A DNA stretch of 14,690 nt, from assembly GCA_050309605.1 (NCBI GenBank), contig JBNRMN010000061.1, positions 1 to 14,690 of the forward strand, read 5' to 3'. Origin of the DNA: Anaerohalosphaeraceae bacterium (GTDB lineage Bacteria > Planctomycetota > Phycisphaerae > Sedimentisphaerales > Anaerohalosphaeraceae). The position numbers and the translations under genes were made by a program. The notes under the pieces were generated by a model that saw only the letters and a list, made by a program, of their open reading frames with translations, searched no databases and was not told the DNA's origin. Positions 1 to 8,643 of this stretch are shown here, one piece after another. Each line of letters opens with the position of its first letter. The stretch's first letter is position 1.

Positions 1-115
1 TACGCTCAAACAACGCGGATTAAACCCCGTGAATACAGTAAAAGAGGCGCTGAAAATCTATCTCAAAACCGGCCAGCTGCCGGCATTGAAAGAGTTCACT
101 GCTTCAAATGGCTAA
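1..115 (+). CDS. C-terminal fragment of a probable IS66-family transposase (5'-truncated by the window edge)
   Basis: Frame 2 reads TLKQRGLNPVNTVKEALKIYLKTGQLPALKEFTASNG* (TAA at 113-115). From memory, this resembles the '...RTLKQRG.NP...L..G..P.L' C-terminus of single-ORF IS66-type (ISBst12-like) transposases. The stop lies inside the putative terminal repeat. The ORF is not in the supplied track. Confidence 0.65.
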   Translation, partial: TLKQRGLNPVNTVKEALKIYLKTGQLPALKEFTASNG

Positions 116-123
116 AATCTTAC
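1..123 (+). mobile_element. Right end of a probable IS66-family insertion sequence
   Basis: The sequence ends ...GGCTAAAATCTTAC at 123, which reads 5'-GTAAGATTTTAGCC on the minus strand. IS66 elements begin and end with GTAA/TTAC. The predicted 8-bp target duplication would be AAAACATC (124-131). The left end is outside the window. Confidence 0.6.
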
Positions 124-138
124 AAAACATCATTCTTC

Positions 139-161
139 TTTCAACGGACCACCCGTTGAAA
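139..161. terminator. Perfect 9-bp hairpin, possible terminator between the IS end and the FecR-like gene
   Basis: TTTCAACGG (139-147), loop ACCAC, CCGTTGAAA (153-161). There is no U-tract immediately adjacent on either strand. Confidence 0.35.
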
Positions 162-210
162 CGTGTTCTCTTTTTATTTGTCCATCGTCCGTGCGGCGAC
201 GGGGCTTGAG

Positions 211-1896
211 CTAATGTTCGATCAATTCCAACGCAGGCCGTGCAAACACACACCAGTCCGAGTCCGTGGCCAGGCCGAATTCCGTACCCGGCCGATCGAC
301 ATCCCCGCCGTCGGTCGTTACAAGCGTCAGAAAGCGATCCGTCTTGTTCAACGGCACGGCGATGTCAAAGGCCTGTCCTTTGTCGCGGACATGGCGGCGA
401 CTGAATCGCACCTGACCATCGACCAGCACCCAGAAATCCGCATTGCCAAGCCGCGGCGCCCGCGACGACAAACCGGCCTCGGCGGTAAACCCGGCAACGG
501 CGATGCCCGGCATCGCGGAACGAATCGCATCCAGATCAAAGGTAATGCCCGTGTTGGCGTGCATAAACAAACTCGGATAATCGGGCGTGCCGTACACCTT
601 GCCGCCTAATTGTCCCAACGGTTCATCGGGTTGGTAATCGACGAGATAGCGTCCGGAACCATAGATGATTTCCACATAATAGACGCCGTTGGTTGGCGGG
701 CATTCTTCAAAAATGTGTCCGGCTGAACTGACCGTCTGAGGGTGCGCGCCCTGCGGAACGAAGACGCCGTCTATATACGGATTACCCTCGACCGGCACAT
801 AGCGTCCGTCGCTGCGGCGATCAAGGGAACGATACATCCCGTGTGTGCCGGTCAGCGGGTCGATGGCCGATTCGATCTGTCCTGTGCCGAAGCCGCTTCC
901 GCCGCCGACAAGACCGGCCAGATCGAACACCGCCTCCCCCCGCCAGACAAAATTCGTTTGGGAATCGATATGGCGCGCAAAAATCTGCTCATCCAGTGTA
1001 ATATCGACCACCTCAGAGGCGCTTCGCAGAATCCGTTTGGCCGCGCCCTCATCGACGACCAGACTGACCTTGTCTGTTGATTGACCGGCGACGAGAGTGG
1101 TTCGTCCCTGAAGAACGTGCAGCTCGGTGCTGCCGTACAGGTCGGCCTGGACGCCGAACTCCGTGCCCAAATCGATAATTAACGCATTCGGCGTGACGAC
1201 TGAAAAGCCCATCGCCTCTTGGGGCACCGCCGCATAGACCCGACCGTAATTCAGCTTAAGTCGGTCATTATCCAAAATTCCGAATTCCGCCGGCCCTTCA
1301 ATCGTCACGCGGGCGTTATTGTCAAACAGAATCTGCACGATACCCTTTCGCAGCAGTATCGGATCCACATTGGTCATCAGCCGCATCCCGTTCTTGAGGG
1401 GACCGCCGGATTCATCCCACTGGGCGTTCAGACTGTCGGTGAGGGTGGCCACATCCCGCGGCACGGTAATCGGGGCAAACCGAATAAAGACCAGCAGGAA
1501 CACCAGCGCCGCCAAAGACGCAATCGCCGTATAGAAGGAGACTTTGTTGAAGCGATACACGGTTTTTTCACGCTGGATGCGTTCAATCGGCACGACAAGC
1601 GGCCGATCGGATGGTTTGTCCACGGGTACAGCGGGGGCACTTTTTTCGCTTTCGGACAACGCTTCCCACAATCGCTGATCGAGAAACGCCGAATCCGCCG
1701 CGTCCAGCTCCGAGAGAATCCCCATAAAATTCAGCCCGATATAGGCGGCGATACTGTCATAGTAGGTCGTACGGGCCGAAGCATCCGCAACCAGAAGCGC
1801 CGCCAATTCCCTTCTTTCCTCTTCGGAAATCAACCCTTCCAGAGACCTCAGAGCCAGCGTCGCGACACGAGACGGATTGTTCAGATGCTGATTCAC
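211..1896 (-). CDS. FecR-like membrane anti-sigma factor with a C-terminal NPCBM/NEW2-like carbohydrate-binding domain
   Basis: N-terminal anti-sigma-like helix (LEGLISEEERRELAALL), one TM segment (FYTAIASLAALVFLLVFIRF), FecR motifs (VTIEGPAEF, GFSVVTPNALIIDLGTEFGV, ELHVLQG) and a C-terminal NPCBM-like region (ADFWVLVDGQVRF, DRFLTLVTTDGGD, DWCVFARPAL). The likely start is GTG at 1896, overlapping the sigma stop (GTGA) and preceded by GAGGAGG. Confidence 0.88.
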   Translation of the reverse strand: MNQHLNNPSRVATLALRSLEGLISEEERRELAALLVADASARTTYYDSIAAYIGLNFMGILSELDAADSAFLDQRLWEALSESEKSAPAVPVDKPSDRPLVVPIERIQREKTVYRFNKVSFYTAIASLAALVFLLVFIRFAPITVPRDVATLTDSLNAQWDESGGPLKNGMRLMTNVDPILLRKGIVQILFDNNARVTIEGPAEFGILDNDRLKLNYGRVYAAVPQEAMGFSVVTPNALIIDLGTEFGVQADLYGSTELHVLQGRTTLVAGQSTDKVSLVVDEGAAKRILRSASEVVDITLDEQIFARHIDSQTNFVWRGEAVFDLAGLVGGGSGFGTGQIESAIDPLTGTHGMYRSLDRRSDGRYVPVEGNPYIDGVFVPQGAHPQTVSSAGHIFEECPPTNGVYYVEIIYGSGRYLVDYQPDEPLGQLGGKVYGTPDYPSLFMHANTGITFDLDAIRSAMPGIAVAGFTAEAGLSSRAPRLGNADFWVLVDGQVRFSRRHVRDKGQAFDIAVPLNKTDRFLTLVTTDGGDVDRPGTEFGLATDSDWCVFARPALELIEH

Positions 1897-2429
1897 ACGC
1901 CCTCCTCGCCGGCAAAATGCAGACGAATGCAATGAACAAGACGTTCATGAATTTTCCCGATTCGCTTAAACACCGCCACCGAGGACAAGCCCAGGCGATG
2001 TCCGATTTTGGCGAAGGTCAATTCCTGTTCATAACGCATTTTCAAAAGCGTCGTCTCGCTGCTGTTTAATTTTTTCAGACATTTTCGCAGGGTGTCAATC
2101 CGCTCGTCGAATCGATCCAGACACGAGGGGGATTCGGATTCGATGACTTCCTGCAGGCGTTCATCAAAATGGAATTTTCCCGCCGTCTTGCGCGAACGAT
2201 AATACCGCAGGACTTCATATCGGGCCACCGTGATGCCCCAGACGAGAAAGTCGGTGCCGATCTCGTAGTCGTCAAACTTTCTCCACAATGTCGCAAGAGT
2301 TTCCTGAAGAACATCCTCGGCGTCTGAATAAATCGGGATATAGTATAATATAAACGCAAGGATTTTCTTTTGATTTTGCGTTACCAGCCTGACGAACTGG
2401 TCTGAATTTAAATGACCTTTTCTGTCCAT
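1893..2429 (-). CDS. ECF-type RNA polymerase sigma-70 factor (Planctomycete/Verrucomicrobia-like)
   Basis: Region 2 (DAEDVLQET..LWRKFDDYEIGTDFLVWGITVARYEV) and region 4 (LRKCLKKL...LLKMRYEQELTFAKIGHRLGLS) are present. It overlaps the start of the FecR-like gene. The start is ATG at 2429, or alternatively TTG at 2438. Confidence 0.93.
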   Translation of the reverse strand: MDRKGHLNSDQFVRLVTQNQKKILAFILYYIPIYSDAEDVLQETLATLWRKFDDYEIGTDFLVWGITVARYEVLRYYRSRKTAGKFHFDERLQEVIESESPSCLDRFDERIDTLRKCLKKLNSSETTLLKMRYEQELTFAKIGHRLGLSSVAVFKRIGKIHERLVHCIRLHFAGEEGV

Positions 2430-2446
2430 TTTGAGCAAGCAGAATC

Positions 2447-2494
2447 ACCCGTTCCCTATAATACTCACTGTATTATTATATCCGAAAGACGGGT
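2447..2494 (-). promoter_or_regulatory. Putative promoter/operator of the ECF sigma operon
   Basis: A minus-strand TATAAT (2475-2480) overlaps a perfect palindrome ATAATAC-N5-GTATTAT (2458-2476), flanked by an outer inverted pair ACCCGT/ACGGGT (2447-2452/2489-2494). Confidence 0.4.
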
Positions 2495-2573
2495 GCTATT
2501 AACCGCAAACTTCAAAAACCGCGGTGAAAAGCCGTTTTGTCGGCGAAAAAAACCGAGTTTGCCCAAAAAAATT

Positions 2574-3881
2574 TTAGTTTGTCAGACCCGCGATAGCGGC
2601 GCCGATGAGGGTGGCGTTGTCAACGTGAACAATGTCGGTATGGATGCTCTTTTTATTTTCGAGGACGTGTTTGAGGTAATACGCGATGCGGGATTTGAGC
2701 GACTTCATTTTATAGAAGGTCGTACCCTCGGCAACGATGCAGATCGGACGGGTCGGGTCGGCGCCGCGACCGCTCTTAAGGGCCATGGCCGCCAGGTTCA
2801 CGGCCGAGAGTTTGGCGGCCCGTTCGGTGAGCCGGTCGGCGATGAACCAGGCGGTCAGCGTATCCGCATCGCTGCCCCGTTTGCACACCTCGGCCAGCGG
2901 GTTATCGCCGTAAGGATACAGCAGAAACCTGTTCATCTCCCGGGTGTCCAAATCCGAAAGGGTCTTTAAGATCGCCGCAACGGGCTTGCTGAACAGACCG
3001 TCGGCGCCGGCCTGCTGCAAAACAAACAAACACAGCGGCCCCAGATAGGCGCCGGAGATCATTTTTTCAAAGACATTAACGCCGGGGTTGACCGTGGTCT
3101 TGTCAAACCGCACATCGAGCTTGCCGCGGTAACCTTTGCCCATGCCGCCGGATTCCGTGTTGATAATCTGCGTGCCCTGCGGGTCGAGGGCTTTGTTCTT
3201 TGTGATGTTGGCGTTCTGCTCCATATACGCGCAGTTGGTTCCCGTGCCGAGGATAAAGCCGATAAAGCCGTCAAAGACGCGATTCTGAAAGCCCACGCCC
3301 GCCAGCAGTGTCGCGACGGTGTCGTTGAGCAGCACGATGTGTTTGCGCCCCGGCAGCCCCATCGCCGCCAGCGCCTGGTTCAGATGGTCGCCGACGAGCT
3401 GTCCTTCGACGCCGGTAACCTTGATTTCTTTGGAGAAACGTATCATTCGTCCGTCTTTGTTCGGCTGAATTTCAACGGGATAGGAAAAGCAAAACCCCAC
3501 CTTCTCGGACGCATCGGCGACATGGCGAAAATACTCGGCCATTGCGTTGAAAAACTCGGTTTTGTTGAGCTTGCGCTCGACGCCGGGCATGGTGAATTTC
3601 TTCAGATTCTCAATGACAGGCGTGTTGTTCTCGTCAAAATACACGGTCGCCACGCGAAAATTGGTCCCGCCGGCATCGGCCACAATCACACGCTTATGGC
3701 TTGGCACGTCATTTTCCGCCGTCAGATACGTCGGAATCATATCCAGCGTACTCTTGCGGCCGGCCAAACCCAGCTGCATCTGTTCCAGGAACATTGTGAT
3801 ATTCTCTGTAAAATCCACATCCAGCGGATCCATCCGAAACTGTTTGAGAAAATCAACCACCTTGCGCTGTGTCTTCTTCAC
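2574..3881 (-). CDS. Hexokinase (eukaryote-like Hexokinase_1/Hexokinase_2 family)
   Basis: Signature motifs LDMIPTYL, DAGGTNFRV, GFCFSYP, LLNDTVATLL, FILGTGTNCAY, INTESG and FEKMISGAYLG. GTG start preceded by GGAGACAGGA. Confidence 0.93.
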   Translation of the reverse strand: MKKTQRKVVDFLKQFRMDPLDVDFTENITMFLEQMQLGLAGRKSTLDMIPTYLTAENDVPSHKRVIVADAGGTNFRVATVYFDENNTPVIENLKKFTMPGVERKLNKTEFFNAMAEYFRHVADASEKVGFCFSYPVEIQPNKDGRMIRFSKEIKVTGVEGQLVGDHLNQALAAMGLPGRKHIVLLNDTVATLLAGVGFQNRVFDGFIGFILGTGTNCAYMEQNANITKNKALDPQGTQIINTESGGMGKGYRGKLDVRFDKTTVNPGVNVFEKMISGAYLGPLCLFVLQQAGADGLFSKPVAAILKTLSDLDTREMNRFLLYPYGDNPLAEVCKRGSDADTLTAWFIADRLTERAAKLSAVNLAAMALKSGRGADPTRPICIVAEGTTFYKMKSLKSRIAYYLKHVLENKKSIHTDIVHVDNATLIGAAIAGLTN

Positions 3882-4084
3882 GATCCTGTCTCCAGAGTCT
3901 AAATGGTACGTTCATTATCGCCGCAAATCCACCGACAATCACAAAATCAACATGTACATTGGACAGACGTATCAACAAGTTCGCAAAATCAAGACTCATC
4001 GGTTGTCTGCCTTGTACAACATATTAAAAATACCGACAGCAATTTCAAGCCATCGAATAGGGTCTTCAACCGGCGCCCCATTTA

Positions 4085-5068
4085 TTAATCTCCGTAACCG
4101 TCGGGATGTTCGTTATGAAACTGCCAGGCACTTTGGACGATGGTTTCCAGATCGGGGTACTCCGTCTTCCAGCCGAGTTCGGTTCGGGCTTTGGTCGCAT
4201 CGGCGGTCAGTACCGGCGGATCGCCCGGCCGGCGGTCCGTTTCGACGACCTTAAAGTCCCTGCCCGAAACCCTGCGAACGGTGTCGATGACCTGCCGGAC
4301 GGTGTAGCCCTTGCCGTTGCCGAGGTTATAAACCAATTCATCGCTGCCGTTGAGTTTATCCAGCGCCAGCAGGTGTGCTCTGCACAAATCCTCCACGTGG
4401 ATATAGTCGCGCACGCAGGTACCGTCGTCGGTCGGGTAGTCCGTGCCGTAAATGGCGATGCTGTCGCGTTTGCCCATCGCGGCCTGAATAATCAGCGGGA
4501 TCAGATGCGATTCGGGGTGGTGATCCTCGCCGAGCGTGGCGTTCAATCCGGCGCCGCAGGCGTTGAAATATCGCAGCGCTGCATACCGCAGCCTGCCGGT
4601 TTGACTTTGAAAGTGGCACATCCGCTCAACCGCCCATTTCGTCTGGCCATAGGGGTTGATAGGCGATTTGGGCGTCTGTTCAGTAATGGGAACGGTATCG
4701 GGCATGCCATAGACCGCAGCGGTACTGCTGAAGACGAACTTCTGCACGCCGGCGGTCTCCATCGCCGCCAGCAAGGTGCGCGTCCGGCTGACATTGTTGT
4801 CATAATACCGCAGCGGCTGAGACACCGATTCGGCCACTTCGATAAAGGCCGCAAAATGCATCACCGCCTCAATGCCGTACTTGCGCAGCACCTCGACGGT
4901 AAAATCATAATCGCCGAAATCACCCAACACAAATCGCGCATCGCGCACGGCCGAACGGTGGCCTTTGCTCAGGTTGTCCAGTACGATCGGTTCGCAGCCG
5001 TTCTGCGCCAGCATCGCCGTCATATTGCTGCCGATATAACCGGCGCCGCCGCATACCAATACCCGCAT
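4085..5068 (-). CDS. galE: UDP-glucose 4-epimerase
   Basis: GGAGYIGS NAD-binding motif, HFAA, FSSTAAVYG, catalytic YGQTK, LRYFNACG, DGTCVRDYIHVEDL and RRPGDP. An AAGGA SD lies upstream. Confidence 0.97.
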   Translation of the reverse strand: MRVLVCGGAGYIGSNMTAMLAQNGCEPIVLDNLSKGHRSAVRDARFVLGDFGDYDFTVEVLRKYGIEAVMHFAAFIEVAESVSQPLRYYDNNVSRTRTLLAAMETAGVQKFVFSSTAAVYGMPDTVPITEQTPKSPINPYGQTKWAVERMCHFQSQTGRLRYAALRYFNACGAGLNATLGEDHHPESHLIPLIIQAAMGKRDSIAIYGTDYPTDDGTCVRDYIHVEDLCRAHLLALDKLNGSDELVYNLGNGKGYTVRQVIDTVRRVSGRDFKVVETDRRPGDPPVLTADATKARTELGWKTEYPDLETIVQSAWQFHNEHPDGYGD

Positions 5069-5135
5069 ACGTATCGTTCCTTACTGAATCGGTTGTCGCT
5101 TCTGTTTTCAGCACACTGCCAAAAATGCTGTGCTC

Positions 5136-5717
5136 TCACAGCGGGGCCGAATTCCGTCGGCCTTGCTGCTGAATGCGTTCTGTGATGCGCTGCTCAAGGG
5201 CGTCATCCGGGGCAAGTTCGATCCACTCGATTCGCTCGGCGGCCTCGCGCCCGACGGCCAGCGTCTGAACGCGCTGGGTGCTGTCGGTGTACATATTCGC
5301 CAGGTGCGCCATTCGTCGAATCGGCTGGGGCGGAATGGATAGCTTTTCTACGGTAACGACGCAGCGCAGCGGCATCCCCCCGCCGTCCTCCGGCTCGACA
5401 AAGACCTCCGCCGTACGGCGAAGGCTGTCCAGGTTGGCTCGGGCAAAGCCCGCGGCCGAAGCGTTGTCCTGACGCCACGGTTCAAAAAACTGTCCTGCAC
5501 GGAGCGGGCGTGTGCGAATATAGCCGGCCTCAATGTCATATTTTTCGATAACAAAATGCATCCGGCGCAGCGTCTGCTCAGCGGCCGCCAGTGCAGCGGC
5601 CTTGTCCGATACGATCAAACCGTCAGGCGATGCCCCCGTGCGTGCAAAACCGCCGCAGCCGGCCGCGAACACCGCAGCCAGCAGTCCGAACAAGCCTGTT
5701 GCTGTGCGATACGTCAT
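5136..5717 (-). CDS. Putative lipoprotein of unknown function
   Basis: Signal peptide with lipobox FAAG-C21 and an AAGGGG SD. It fills the gap upstream of galE in the same orientation. Confidence 0.75.
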   Translation of the reverse strand: MTYRTATGLFGLLAAVFAAGCGGFARTGASPDGLIVSDKAAALAAAEQTLRRMHFVIEKYDIEAGYIRTRPLRAGQFFEPWRQDNASAAGFARANLDSLRRTAEVFVEPEDGGGMPLRCVVTVEKLSIPPQPIRRMAHLANMYTDSTQRVQTLAVGREAAERIEWIELAPDDALEQRITERIQQQGRRNSAPL

Positions 5718-5878
5718 TTTCGTGTCCCCTTAAATCAGGTATCCGTCGGATTGTATCCGGTTTTGCTCGCCTCCTCAAGAGCCTGTCCTGGATTTTATTG
5801 GCAATCGCGAATCCATTCAACCTTGGGGCGTCAAGTCGCCGATAAAAGCGGTATAGGAATGCTGATAATGGACATTGC

Positions 5879-6817
5879 ATGTTAAACAATCAGGTTCAAT
5901 CGCTCAAAACGAAGCTGGCGGTGTATCCGCTGGGCACAGCCGTGGCGCGGTTTATGGATTATATGACCGTGGAGGCGGGGCTGTCGGCCAATACGCTGCT
6001 GGGGTATGGACGGGACTTGTTGAAATTCTGCGCTTATTGTACCCAAAAAGACATCAAACAGCTTGACGGCCTGTCCGCGGTAACGGTGTATGGCTACCTT
6101 CAGCAGCTTGCCCGCCACGGCCTGCGTGAAAACAGCCTGAGCCGGTCGCTGGTGGCGATCAAGATGCTGCTGCGATTCGGGCTGATGACCGGGGCGGCGC
6201 AGGATGATTTTACCGATGCCCTGGAAGGCCCGAAACTTTGGAAGCGGCTGCCCAGTGTCTGCGGCAAAGAACAGGTGCTGCGGCTGCTGGACGCCCCGCA
6301 ACCGGACGATCCTTATTTTCTTCGCGACAAAGCGATGCTCTTTCTGCTGTATGCCACCGGCGCACGGGCCGGGGAAGTGACGGGGATGCGGGCCAAGGAT
6401 GTCAATCTGGAGATAGGCTATGTCCGCTGTTTCGGCAAAGGGGGCAAAGAACGGATTGTGCCCCTTGGCAAAACCGCCGCCGTCTATTTGAAAGAGTATC
6501 TTGTGCAGCAGCGGCCCGCCCTGCTGAAGGCCCATAGTCCGGAGACGCTGTTCCTTTCGCGTACCGGCCATGGGCTGGATCGCACCAATTTGTGGCGGGT
6601 GGTCAAGAAATACGCCCTTCGCGCGGGGATGCCGAAAAACCTGACCGTTCATACCCTGCGGCACTGTTTTGCGACGCATCTGCTGGCCGGGGGGGCCGAT
6701 CTGCGGTCGCTGCAGGAGATGCTGGGCCATGCCGATATTCGCACCACACAAATTTACACCCACGTGGATCAGGACCGGCTCAAAACCATCCATAAAAAGT
6801 TTCACCCCCGCCATTAA
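5879..6817 (+). CDS. xerD: Site-specific tyrosine recombinase, XerD-like
   Basis: N-terminal SAM-like domain (GLSANTLLGYGRDL) and an intact catalytic set: LYATGAR, GKGGKER, HTLRHCFATHLL, LGHADIRTTQIYTH. The C-terminus HKKFHPR and the 312-aa length are typical of XerC/D. Confidence 0.88.
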   Translation: MLNNQVQSLKTKLAVYPLGTAVARFMDYMTVEAGLSANTLLGYGRDLLKFCAYCTQKDIKQLDGLSAVTVYGYLQQLARHGLRENSLSRSLVAIKMLLRFGLMTGAAQDDFTDALEGPKLWKRLPSVCGKEQVLRLLDAPQPDDPYFLRDKAMLFLLYATGARAGEVTGMRAKDVNLEIGYVRCFGKGGKERIVPLGKTAAVYLKEYLVQQRPALLKAHSPETLFLSRTGHGLDRTNLWRVVKKYALRAGMPKNLTVHTLRHCFATHLLAGGADLRSLQEMLGHADIRTTQIYTHVDQDRLKTIHKKFHPRH

Positions 6818-6892
6818 ACACGCTACAATAGAGCACGACCGCAGCGAAGCGGCTGTACAGAGGCGCTCCGCAAATACAATGAACGATGTCCC

Positions 6893-7696
6893 ATGGCAGA
6901 GACAGAAACCATCATTCGGGTTGACCGGCTGACAGCGGGGTTTAACGGAACGCCGGTGCTCAAGGAGGTCTCGTTCTCGGTTGAGACAGGCGAGATTTTC
7001 ATTATACTCGGCGGGTCGGGCTGCGGCAAAAGCACCCTGCTTCGGCATCTGATCGGCCTGCAGGAGCCGATGGACGGTCACATCCACATCCTCGGACAGG
7101 AGCTGACCGGCGCCAGCGAATCCGAGCGGCGATCCATTTTGTCGCATATCGGCGTGGCGTTTCAGAGCGGAGCGCTGTTCGGCTCAATGACGGTGCTGGA
7201 AAACATTGCCCTGCCGCTGGAAGAGTTTACGAGCCTGCCTAAAACAGCGATTCGCTGGATTGCCGGCTCCAAGCTTCGGCTGGTCGGACTGGGCGGCTGT
7301 GAGGACCTTTTGCCGGCTCAGCTTTCCGGCGGGATGCAAAAACGGGCCGCCCTGGCACGGGCGATGGCGCTGGATCCGAAAATCCTGTGTCTGGATGAGC
7401 CGTCGGCAGGGCTGGATCCGGTCACCGCTGCTCAACTGGATGAATTGATCGTGCATTTGTCCGATATCCTCGGCGTGACCTTTGTCATCGTGACCCACGA
7501 GCTGGCAAGTGTCTTTACATTGAACGGTCGAGTGATTATGCTGGACAAGCAGGCCAAAGGCATTATCGCCGAAGGACGGCCCGATGAACTCAAAAATGAC
7601 CGTTCCAATGCAGCGGCCTGGCAGTTTTTTAATCGAAGCCTGAAGACGGCCGAAGAAGGCTCCATCGGAACCGGTTTGAATGGAATCAACAAGTGA
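6893..7696 (+). CDS. mlaF: ABC transporter ATP-binding protein, MlaF/Ttg2A family
   Basis: Walker A GGSGCGKS, FQSGALFGSMTVLENI, signature LSGGMQKR, Walker B LCLDEPSAGLDP and H-loop VTHE. Confidence 0.88.
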   Translation: MAETETIIRVDRLTAGFNGTPVLKEVSFSVETGEIFIILGGSGCGKSTLLRHLIGLQEPMDGHIHILGQELTGASESERRSILSHIGVAFQSGALFGSMTVLENIALPLEEFTSLPKTAIRWIAGSKLRLVGLGGCEDLLPAQLSGGMQKRAALARAMALDPKILCLDEPSAGLDPVTAAQLDELIVHLSDILGVTFVIVTHELASVFTLNGRVIMLDKQAKGIIAEGRPDELKNDRSNAAAWQFFNRSLKTAEEGSIGTGLNGINK

Positions 7697-8643
7697 AGCA
7701 GAAAGCGACATATTTTAAGGTGGGTTTGTTCGTACTGGTCTGCGCGGCCGGACTGGTGGCCGGGCTGCTGTACGTCGGGGCCGATGTGCTGCGCGGCGAG
7801 GTGGTGCGGGTCGAGACATATATCGACGAATCTGTACAGGGACTGAGCGTCGGCTCGGCAGTGCTGCATCGAGGGGTCAACATCGGTCAGGTCGAGCGGA
7901 TTACCTTTGTTCAGGTCGAATATCCGATGGCCCCGGACAGCCCCGAGTTTCGTCAATTCGGACGGTATGTGATGGTGGTCATGGCCATCGATCCGCGCAA
8001 GTTTCCCGGGCTGGACCGCGATCCGGACATAATCACCGCAATGTTGCGCAATCAGGTCTCGCTGGGCCTGCGGTTCAAACTGAGTTATCAGGGGATTACC
8101 GGACTGTCGTTTATTGAGGCCGATTACGTCGATCCGGAGCGCAACCCCGAACTGCACGTGCCGTGGGTACCCAAACACATTTATATTTCTTCGACACCGA
8201 GTCTGTTTACCAGTTTTACACATGCGGTGGAAAGTGTCTTTCAACGGCTTGAACAGATTGATTTTGAGGGCCTGTTCGCCCAATTAAACAACACCTTCGA
8301 GGCCATTGAGACCACGCTGCACGACGCCGACGTGGGTCAAATTCGCGAGGCGATGGTGGAGGTGATGGAGGATATCAAGACAACCAACCGACATATCCAA
8401 TCGCTGCTTAACCAGACCGACGAGCCGATGCCCGGCAACATCCCTCAAGCGGTAGAGGCCTTCAGTCAAACACTCGGCCGCGTCGATAAGCTGCTTGGAC
8501 GACATGAAATGGATATTGATGCGGTTATGGCCAATCTGAAAATTCTTGTGCACAACCTGCGGCAGGTTTCGGACAGTATTAAAGATAATCCAGCGCGATT
8601 GCTGTTTGCCGCCCCGCCGGAAAAATCGGAGCTTGTACCATGA
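7693..8643 (+). CDS. MCE/MlaD-family substrate-binding protein with a C-terminal helical region
   Basis: N-terminal TM (FKVGLFVLVCAAGLVAGLLYV) and MCE motifs SVQGLSVGSAVLHRGVNIGQV and QGITGLSFI. The GTG start overlaps the ATPase stop (GTGA). Confidence 0.9.
   Translation: MKQKATYFKVGLFVLVCAAGLVAGLLYVGADVLRGEVVRVETYIDESVQGLSVGSAVLHRGVNIGQVERITFVQVEYPMAPDSPEFRQFGRYVMVVMAIDPRKFPGLDRDPDIITAMLRNQVSLGLRFKLSYQGITGLSFIEADYVDPERNPELHVPWVPKHIYISSTPSLFTSFTHAVESVFQRLEQIDFEGLFAQLNNTFEAIETTLHDADVGQIREAMVEVMEDIKTTNRHIQSLLNQTDEPMPGNIPQAVEAFSQTLGRVDKLLGRHEMDIDAVMANLKILVHNLRQVSDSIKDNPARLLFAAPPEKSELVP

Noticed and set aside
166..179. 14-bp identity TTCTCTTTTTATTT shared with 10186-10199
   Set aside because: It is low-complexity, and one such match is roughly expected by chance in a window this size.
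4005..4035. Possible dif site near xerD
   Set aside because: The AT-rich stretch only loosely resembles TTATGTTAAAT and has no 11-6-11 arm structure.
5879..6817. Tyrosine recombinase as a phage, ICE or integron integrase
   Set aside because: The length and motifs are those of chromosomal XerC/D. I saw no integron-integrase insertion, att sites, cassettes, tRNA or mobile cargo nearby.
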